From Octopus sinensis (taxonomy: Eukaryota): a DNA stretch of 64,000 nt. A program made the translations under genes and the position numbers. Shown here piece after piece: positions 54,817 to 64,000 of the stretch. Location: contig NC_042998.1 of assembly GCF_006345805.1 (NCBI RefSeq), positions 48,484,001 to 48,548,000 of the forward strand, read 5' to 3'. The notes beneath the pieces are model-generated. The model was not told the origin of the DNA, searched no databases, and saw nothing but the letters and a program-made list of their open reading frames with translations. Every line of letters begins with the position of its first letter. The stretch's first letter is position 1.

Positions 54817-55020
54817 ATTATAAAGAGGGCCGGTTTATGTGGTTACCTTTGGTTTCTCGCTCGTAAGGGGTTTTGCCTTACGGCGTATCTTCAGACCCCA
54901 AACACTGCTGGCCTAGAGATCTTAGGTCATCAATGTTTGGGGTCTGAAGATACGGTGTAAGGGAAAACCTTTATGAGTGAGAAACCCATGGTAACGCCAT
55001 AAACTGGCCCCCTTTATAAT
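54817..55020. mobile_element. Almost fully palindromic MITE (about 88-bp arms)
   Basis: attataaagagggccggtttatg...tatcttcagaccccaaaca / tgtttggggtctgaagata...cataaactggccccctttataat. Confidence 0.8.
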
Positions 55021-55986
55021 ATTAACTTCTCTACATCTTAGAGTGTGCTCCTACTCTGGATATATGTATTTCTACTAACGATCCATCCCTGTACCTTTCC
55101 ATTTGTCTCTTTGATTTTTCTAATCCTTCAATCCCTCTGCCCTCTACCCCGCTCTCCTCCTTCCATTTGACAGGTATTCGGCCAGGCACGATCTTTCTTT
55201 CTTAGCCTGACTGCCGACTGTCAGCACCTCTTATGTCCATCTCCTATGTTCCTGCCTTAAGGCTTTTACTTTATACACGCCAGCTCAATTTGATTCGTCC
55301 TCAGTCGAAAGACACCTGTTGTTATATTCTTGTTGTTTGTATTTGTAATTGTGTACCGTGTTCTGCGTTTTTGCCTTTGCTGTCGTACACATTCGCTAAC
55401 TTTCATATGAAAATTTGATGCTTTTAGCGTAGACTTTTTTTGGTGGGGGGGGGGGGTGAAACCAGATCGAGCAGTCTCAAGTGTAACTGCCCAAAACTGA
55501 TGAAAGAAGGTGACGAATGACCCGTCGTTTTTCCTAATTGTTAATTTTCTTGTCTGCCTTTGTATCATCTATCTGTCCTGAGGTTTTATTGTCCTGTATT
55601 GCGTTTTGTTCCATTATATATATATATATATATATATTATGGTGTGTGTGTGTGTGTGTGTGTGTGGGGTTGGTGTGTGTATGTTGTGTGTGTGTGTGTG
55701 TGCGTGTGTGCGTGTGTATATATATAATATATATACGACACATTTCTTTCAGTTTCTACCAACCAAATCCACTTACATAGCTTGGGCGGTTCGAGGCTTT
55801 AGTGGAAGACACTTGTCCAAGGTGCCACGCAGTGGGGCTGAACCTGGAACCAAGTGGTTGGGAAGCAAACTTCTTACTACATAGCCACGCCTGCGTCTTG
55901 CCTCCCACCTCTCTCTCTCTCACACTATTAATATATATAGATATAATATATATTATATCTATATATCTATATATCTATATATAATA

Positions 55987-56037
<51 letters not shown>

Positions 56038-56212
56038 ATATATATATATCTATATAATATATACATATTACATTTTATGTTTAAATTTATATATATATAC
56101 ATATATACACACACCCATACACAACCATACACTCATAACCGCACACATAAACATATACACACATATACATACACCCTCAAACATACACATACATGCACAA
56201 ACACACACACAT

Positions 56213-56249
<37 letters not shown>

Positions 56250-56278
56250 CGAGAAAGAAGCAACAAGAATGGATAGGT

Positions 56279-56367
56279 TTTTAGTACAATCGTTTCATAC
56301 AAGGACAGGCTTTATTAAAAGTTGCAAAAATTACAGCATAAACGTGTCCCGTACTCATCAGCTAAAA
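56279..56367 (-). ncRNA. Type I hammerhead ribozyme with large stem II insertion
   Basis: ttttag CTGATGA GTACGGGAC-(39 nt)-GTCCTTGTAT GAAA cgattg TA ctaaaa, with a perfect 6-bp stem I. Confidence 0.75.
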
Positions 56368-57404
56368 TACATGTGAGTTCTCTAGACATCTAGTGGTTGA
56401 GGCTATACTCTCATGAAGTAATGTAGATATTAAGTAACATAAACAGATTTCCAAAGTTCATTAAAGTTCTTTAAAGATGATGTACAGTCTTATCACAGAA
56501 TTTTAAAAAAGTTTTAATAGCATCACAGAGAAGGTGACCTAATCCATAGTGCACAATGAATTTCCAGAGATATGAGGAGGGATTATTTACTCACAGACGA
56601 CAAATTTATCCATTGTTAATCACAAACGAGGTGGGTCTCAATTCCTGCTTATTAGCATTACAGAGAGGGTGAATTAATCCTTTGTATAGATGCACAATTT
56701 CAATGGTGTAGATGTAAATTTCCAGAGAAAATGAGAGGAATTTCATATTCACAGGCTAAATTTTCAATGGTTGACACAATGAGGTAGGTATCAATTCTGG
56801 TTATATGATTAGGTATTTGCCACATTAATCACCTTACTGCTATTACAAGAGGCTGTAGCTATTTAACTTTTAAAGGCTGAAGGGCTTTCTAGAGAGGCAG
56901 AGAACAGAAAAGGGAAGGGAAGAGAAGAAAAGAGAGAAAATAAAGGAGGAGGGAGCAAAAGGGGGGGGAGGGGACTAAAAGAGAAGAGAAAAGGAAAAGG
57001 AAAAAGAGAATAAGAAGGAAAAGAAAAAAGAGAAAAGAGAAGAAATAGGGAAAGAAGGGAAAAAGAAAAAGAAAAAAAGAGGGTTCTAGTTATACAGAAG
57101 AATTAGTAGACGGCAAGTCTGGTTTTAATTTACAGGCATCTAGGAACTAGAGGAGAATATTATTCTTTGACCAGTAAAGCAGCTAATTTATTGCTGTTGA
57201 AATCAGCTATGAATTTAAAGAGAATCTAAAGAGATAACACGGTCAGGGGTTTAGGGGTCAGAGGCTAAATTCAAAAGAAAATACATTAGGAAAATCTTTA
57301 AAGAACTTTAATGAACTTTGGAAATCTGTTTATGTTACTTAATTATCTACATTACTTCATGAGTATAGCCTCAACCACTAGGATGTCTGAAGAACTCACA
57401 TGTA

Positions 57405-57495
57405 TTTTAGCTGATGAGTACGGGAAACGTTTATATGCTGTAATTTTTGCAACTTTTAATAAAGCCGGTCCTTGTATGAAACGATTGTACTAAAA
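57405..57495 (+). ncRNA. Type I hammerhead ribozyme with large stem II insertion (mirror copy)
   Basis: Same as 56279-56367, with one stem II substitution and a 2-nt loop insertion. Confidence 0.72.
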
Positions 57496-58075
57496 ACCTA
57501 TCCATTCTTGTTGCTTTTCTCGTAAATCACCCCACATTACTGTATTGTTAAAAACAGTATAGTTTTTTTTGGTGCATCTAAGTTAGGTACCATATTCAAG
57601 TAATTCATTTAAATTAACTTGAATCTTTATTGCTTTTGTTATATATATATATATATTATATATATATTATTATATAGAAGGAGCTTCTACAGGACTAGTA
57701 CTGTCATTCAAGAGAATCTTCAGGAACTATTTAACAAGAATTGTATTAGCATTTATACATTTAGGCAGGTTTAAAGGAGTGGTGGTGGGGGACTTTTTTT
57801 GGGGGTAGGCATAGCGCAAAATATCATACTTGGGGGAGTGGTCAAGGAGTCAGTGGTAAGTTAGATGAAAGAATAGATAATAAAAAAAAATAAAATAAAA
57901 AATAAAAAATAAAAAATAAAAAATAAAAAAAATAAAAAAATAAAAAAAATAAAAAAAATAAAAAAAATATATAAAAAATAAAATGTGTGCACATACATAC
58001 AAAAACACATATACATACACACACACATACGTACACATGTGTGCCTATACATACCACACATACACACATACATAC

Positions 58076-58129
<54 letters not shown>

Positions 58130-58439
58130 ATCAAATACAGGCCCATTCCCTAATTTTAATTTTATTATCTTCATTTATTACTTTTGTGATCTTTGATCGC
58201 TAGGGCTAAGGATCCTGGCGATGGCAGTATGTCCAATTGTCTGTCTACTAGAAGGCAAGTACTCGTTCCGCAACGCACACTCATTAGCACGTACATACAC
58301 CCATTCGTACACTCATACACATACACGTACGCACGCGTTATATTCATACGTACAAACATCTACATACGTTCACGTATATACACATACGTACTCGTACCTA
58401 CAGATTCATGTCTACACTTTAGGAGGCTAGTTATATATA

Positions 58440-58572
58440 TACACCAATAAATATAATTATATATTAGATATATATATATATATATAATAATATATACACA
58501 TATACACATACACACACACACACACATATATATACTCCTACATACAGATACATACCCATAATATATACATAT

Positions 58573-58615
<43 letters not shown>

Positions 58616-59137
58616 CATATATATATATTATAGATATAATACATATACATACATACACACACACACATATATATATACACACACATCATACACATTATAT
58701 ACATACACAACATATATACACACATATATATATATACATATATACACACATACATACACAAACCTACATACATATACACACAAACACATACATACGTAAC
58801 ATACATACATGCATCCATACATCCATACTTACATGTTATACGCATACATACACCCCCATATATATATATATGTATATATATATACTATATATATATATAT
58901 ATAATATATATATATATACACACTCACACATACATATACAAATATACGCCCACACATACATACATACACGTATACGCATACACGCACATACACATATACA
59001 TGCGTACCCATACACGTGCACACACGCACATGCATCCATATATATACACCACACACACACACATATATACACGTGTGTAAGCATACATACATACTCATAC
59101 ACGCACACATACTTACATATACATATATGCACACACT
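58440..59137. repeat. Degenerate (TA)n/(CA)n microsatellite leading into the assembly gap
   Basis: Directly visible. Confidence 0.9.
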
Positions 59138-59237
59138 NNNNNNNNNNNNNNNNNNNNNNNNNNNNNNNNNNNNNNNNNNNNNNNNNNNNNNNNNNNNNNN
59201 NNNNNNNNNNNNNNNNNNNNNNNNNNNNNNNNNNNNN
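59138..59237. other. Assembly gap (100 N)
   Basis: Run of N; a round 100 usually denotes an unsized scaffold gap. Confidence 0.98.
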
Positions 59238-59399
59238 TTTACTAGCGGGAGTGAGAGAAGATATGTGCCATTGATTTGTCAACTCATATGTTTGGCGTAA
59301 CTTTTTCTATACACTGATACTACGGCTACATCTTGTTTTGTGTGCTGAGGTTTGCTGCTGTACTCCGTCTTCGAATACAGGAAATAATGTCACATCAAA

Positions 59400-59830
59400 C
59401 GGTGAAGCAACTTTCTATATGTTTCAGCTCCTTCCACGACAGCATCCAAGACCAAAAAATGATGAAGGTGACAAAAATCCCGCACAGCAACACGAGCTTA
59501 CTTGAGTCAGATGTCGTGACGCTGGGCCCGATGTTTCTACCATCCTGAATGCTCGTTCTTGCTGCACCAATCATCCTCTCTTGAACCAGACGTAATGGCT
59601 TGTTATCTCAGAAGCTTCCGACACTCTTTTTTGGATGCCTTTTCTTTCCTTAGCAGCTGGTCCAAGACACTTGAGCATCGAGTGAACCTTGGCTTCGAAA
59701 AATCCTCTAACATCTAACTTCGGAGGAAGGCATATTATCAGCCATCTTTTGCTTTCACAGAATTTAACCAACTCACGATACTTTCTGTCTTTCTGGAGGA
59801 AAGCATCTCCTATAGTCACTTCACAGAATT
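59400..59830 (-). mobile_element. Hero-like (RLE) non-LTR retrotransposon 3' remnant
   Basis: DAFLQKDRKYRELVKFCESKRWLIICLPPKLDVRGFFEAKVHSMLKCLG...RVSEASEITSHYVWFKR resembles the Hero C-terminus (K..KY..L...C...GW....PVEVG.RGF...A.E.AS...W.KR) as I recall it. Confidence 0.7.
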
Positions 59831-60971
59831 GCAGAATCGTAAAACTTGAATTGTGTTTAATTCGTTTTGCGGGGTTCGACAGATGTGGTCGAACTACCTT
59901 TCGTTATAATTATTCCTATTGGTTATTAGAATCGCGGACAAATTTTTTTTTTGTTCCAAATCCTTACGTTTCAAGTTTGAATCCCACTGAAGGATTTATC
60001 TTTTCAGCATCGATAAAATAAAGTACAAGTCAAGTACAAAATTATGTAAAAGTCAGGTACTGAGTTTGATATAGTAGATTATTTTTTTTTTCCTCTTTAA
60101 ATAGTTTTTGGCATTGTGTCTGTGTCAGAAACACTTCTTATATATGGATATACGTACACGCGCGCGTGGGTGGGTGTGAATGTATGTGTGCGTACGTGAG
60201 TGTGTGTGTTCGTAAGTGCGTGCGTGTGTGTGTATATAAAAAAAAACAAAAAAATGGAAAGCGCTTTGCGAACTGTAACACGAATAAACGAAAATGGATA
60301 TTTACGTTCTGTGTGTATGTGTGTATACATACACACACATATACTTATACATACATTTAGGTATGTATGTGTGAATGAATGTAAGTATACACGCATGTAT
60401 GTTAGAGTGTGATTATCATGTGAAGGCATGATTATTCCCAATGAGCATGCGCCTCTCTTTATTCTTTCATTTTGCCTACGCGTGCCAAACACTTTCGTCA
60501 CACTCCTATGACATTTTTCATTGATTTCTGCCACTTCTATCGGATTTTTCAAATGATCAACCCTTTTGCATTGACTTTATTTATTCTTTCTCCTCATTTC
60601 TTTATATATTCTTTATTTCTATTAAATTTATTTTTTTTTATATAATGCCAATGTTACTCGCATTTGTGATTTTTTTTGGTTAATCAAAGAGTATATGTTC
60701 AGAGGAGAAACTGAAGTGTATATCTGTCTATTTTAAAAACAGTTAATGTGTGATATTTTAGATTATAGATTTCCGCTATTCTTCAATTACTCTAAGCTAT
60801 CACACCATTGATAATTGCGGCAATTACGTTCTAATTATATTGCAAACCCATACATATACAGACACATGCACACATACACATATACGTACATGTGTACATG
60901 TATATATATACAGATATAAATGTGTGTGCGTGTGTTTGTGCATATGTATAAATATGTAGATGTATTATGCC

Positions 60972-61062
<91 letters not shown>

Positions 61063-61277
61063 CATACATCATACATACATACATACATACATACATATGT
61101 AGGCATATGCATAATTATGCACATGTATGCATTTATCAGTAAATATGTGTATGCATATATACATAAACGTGTCTATGTATATGTTAATGTATGTATGTAT
61201 GTATGTATGTAGGTATGTATGTATTCTATGTATATATGTATGTTTTTAATTTTATATATAATTATATGTATATATAT

Positions 61278-61319
<42 letters not shown>

Positions 61320-61580
61320 ATATATATATATATATATATAATATATATATAATAATATATATATATATATAGATATATATATATATACAGAGGGAGAGAG
61401 GGAAGAGATAGATAAGATAGATAGATAGATGATAGATAGATAGATATAGGCTATGTATGTACATACATGCATACATACATACATACATACATACATGCAT
61501 GCATGCATGCATACATACATACATACATACATACATACATACATACATACATACATACATACATACATACATACATACAT

Positions 61581-61745
61581 AGAAGATCTATGGAGAAATG
61601 ATGAGAAACCAACAGCTTTTATATCTAGGCTATAGATTTTCAAGCATTCCTATTATCATAGGTACATTCAGCTACATGACAACAGATTTGCGCACGAACC
61701 TAGAAATACCCGGATTTTCCTAAAGTGAACAGAGCATCTGTATTT
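61581..61745 (+). mobile_element. RLE-type (R4/Dong-like) fragment fused to (TACA)n
   Basis: YGEMMRNQQLLYLGYRFSSIPIIIGTFSYMTTDLRTNLEIPGFS is homologous to the 45509-45724 peptide and starts immediately after (TACA)n at 61458-61580. Confidence 0.75.
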
Positions 61746-61825
61746 TCCAAATACACTAGATCAGAAGAACAATGAATATTTGTAAGATATTTTAGGGTTT
61801 CTCCAAATGAGTATTACCAGTAGAG

Positions 61826-62211
61826 GCGCAATGGCCCAGTGGTTAGGGCAGCGGACTCGCGGTCATAGGATCGCGGTTTCGATTCCCAGATCGGGCGTGT
61901 GAGTGTTGTATTGAGCGAAAACACCTAAAGCTCCACGAGGCTCCGGCAGGGTTGGTGGTGATCCCGGCTTGTACTTTTCATCACAACTTTCTCTCACTCT
62001 TACTTCCTGTTTCTGTTGTCCTTGTATTTCAAAAAGGGCCGGCCTTGTCACTCTCTGTGTCACGCCTGAATATCCCCGAGAAAACTACGTTAAGGGTACA
62101 CGTGTCTGTGGAGTGTCAGCCACTTACACGTTAATTTCACGAGCAGGCTGTCCGTTGATTCGGATCAACCGGAACCCTCGTCGCGTAACCGACGGAGTGC
62201 TTCAAAAAAAA
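61826..62211 (+). mobile_element. tRNA-Arg-like SINE family B, full length, with 13-bp TSD and A-tail
   Basis: attaccagtagag at 61813-61825 and 62212-62224; highly similar to 40576-40957. Confidence 0.9.
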
Positions 62212-62670
62212 ATTACCAGTAGAGCATACGGGATAATGTCATATGCATATGGAATACATATCAACTCACATATATAAACAATAAACAGTGATGAAACATA
62301 TTGTGTCCTATCGTAATACACACATATGTATGCCATTTTATCCTCCACGCACACACGTACACAAAAGACACATACATTTTAATGCATATATCCGACAATC
62401 CAGATTACCACAAATGCTATCTAGAGCCTGCTCCATTTTTTAGCGACCAGCTTGAAGTCTGCAAAAGAACAAAACTTTTGGCAGCTTGAATCGCAAAGAA
62501 ACATATACACTTATATATAGGATGACTGCGTGGTAAGTTTGCTTCCCAAATACGTGATTCTAGGTTCAGTCCCGCTGGCTTGGGCAAGAGTCTTCTTCTA
62601 TAACCTCGAGCCAATTAAAGTTTTGTGAGTGGATTTGGCAGACGGAAACTGAAAGAACCCGTCGCAATAT

Positions 62671-62735
<65 letters not shown>

Positions 62736-62938
62736 TATGTATATGTTATATATATATATATATATAATATATATATAATATATATATATATATTACAGTT
62801 CCATTTGAAAACCCCACTAGAATGGGAGAAAGTGCTAATAGATGATCTAAGTTATATGATGTATAAGAACATGAAATATACAAATAAATATCTGTAAATA
62901 TAAAACCATCCGAATTTCTGATTACCTCATTTCTTCTA

Positions 62939-63008
<70 letters not shown>

Positions 63009-63074
63009 GTGTGGTGTGTGTGTGTGTGTGTGTGTGTTTGTGTGTGTGTGCGTATGTGTGTTGTAAATACCCAA

Positions 63075-63275
63075 CTAAAACCGAAGAACAAACACAAAAG
63101 AAAAGACAACAATGTGAGGACGTGGTACATGTAAAGTAGAAACAGACGCGCAGGAAAGGAAAGAAATGTGGTTTTACGTTTTGGGCAAAGCTCTTCTGCA
63201 GAAACAGGAAACAGATCTAATAGAAAAGAAAGACAAAGGAAAAAAATTCGCCAATGATCCCCATGTGGTCACACA
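63075..63275 (-). mobile_element. PLE-derived pseudo-LTR module (family Y) with degenerate HHR at 63171-63205
   Basis: gttt CTGCAGA a gagctttgccc AAAA CG TA aaac has A6 and G12 mutated. Confidence 0.65.
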
Positions 63276-63460
63276 ACACCACACACCACTACACCATACA
63301 CCGCCATACCACATCATATCACATCACATCACGCCACCACGCATACACTAGTACTGACCACTTCCCAGCCCCACATCCACACACTTAACCATACACACAC
63401 GCCCACGTCAATGTCACCAGCCCTCTTCCACACGCACATACATGCTCTCTTATACACACA

Positions 63461-63894
63461 ACGGCAGATGAAATACCTATCTCTTTACTACCCACAAGGG
63501 GCTAAACACAGAGCGGACAAACAAGGACAGACAAACGGATTAAGTCGATTATATAGACCCCAGTGCGTAACTGGTACTATTTAATCGACCCCGAAAGGAT
63601 GAAAGGCAAAGTCGACCACGGCGGAATTTGAACTCAGAACGTAGCGGCAGACGAAATACCTATCTTTTTACTACCCACAAGGGGCTAACCACAGAGGGGA
63701 CAAACATGGACAGACAAACGGATTAAGTCGATTATATCAACCTCAGTGCGTAACAGGCACATATTTAATCGACCCCGAAAGGATGAAAGGCAAAGTCGAC
63801 CTCGCCGGAATTTGAACTCGGAACGTAGCGGCAGACGAAATACCGCTAAGCATTATCGCCTGTCATGCTAAAGTTTCTGCCAGCTCGCCGCCTT
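63461..63894 (-). mobile_element. SINE family A multimer (head + 2 full units + start of a third)
   Basis: Reverse complement of the tandem unit. A similar multimer lies at 52855-53270. Confidence 0.85.
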
Positions 63895-64000
63895 AAACCT
63901 TCTAAATACTGTCTACTCATCAAGTTAGAGATATCTGATAAAATACTACGGGCAACAGCCACCAATTTTATTCATTTACACATCTTTGAGTTCGCTGGTA

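Larger units (their letters stand above)
56248..57524. mobile_element. PLE-derived element with ~230-bp inverted pseudo-LTRs (56248-56478, 57294-57524)
   Basis: Near-identical inverted arms, each with an HHR. The ~815-bp interior has a diverged tandem duplication and a purine tract. It lies next to (TA)n. Confidence 0.82.

Overview
A very AT-rich, repeat-saturated eukaryotic window with no recognisable host protein-coding gene. Almost all ORFs in the track are microsatellite or repeat translations. The SINE families and the (TA)n/(TG)n/(TAGA)n/(TACA)n load suggest an octopod cephalopod (inference from recalled repeat families, not verified by search). Contents: (1) a 5'-truncated Penelope-like element (PLE; RT + GIY-YIG ORF 8527-10176) with an inverted 5' pseudo-LTR; (2) many short PLE-derived pseudo-LTR modules, mostly inside (TA)n, carrying about 14 hammerhead-ribozyme (HHR) motifs from several unrelated families, about 8 with complete or near-complete cores; (3) a tRNA-like Pol III cassette just upstream of the HHR in the PLE pseudo-LTR; (4) at least four RLE-type (R4/Dong-like) retrotransposon 3' fragments, each abutting (TACA)n; (5) three tRNA-derived SINE families, one forming TSD-bounded dimers and trimers; (6) a DD37D (maT) transposon, Tc1 remnants, MITEs, and CR1-like and Hero-like LINE fragments; (7) an orphan 18S rRNA fragment fused between a mariner-type end and a SINE; (8) local inverted, direct and patchwork duplications, and a 100-N gap. 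All alignments and RNA folds were done by eye, and boundaries are approximate to a few bases.
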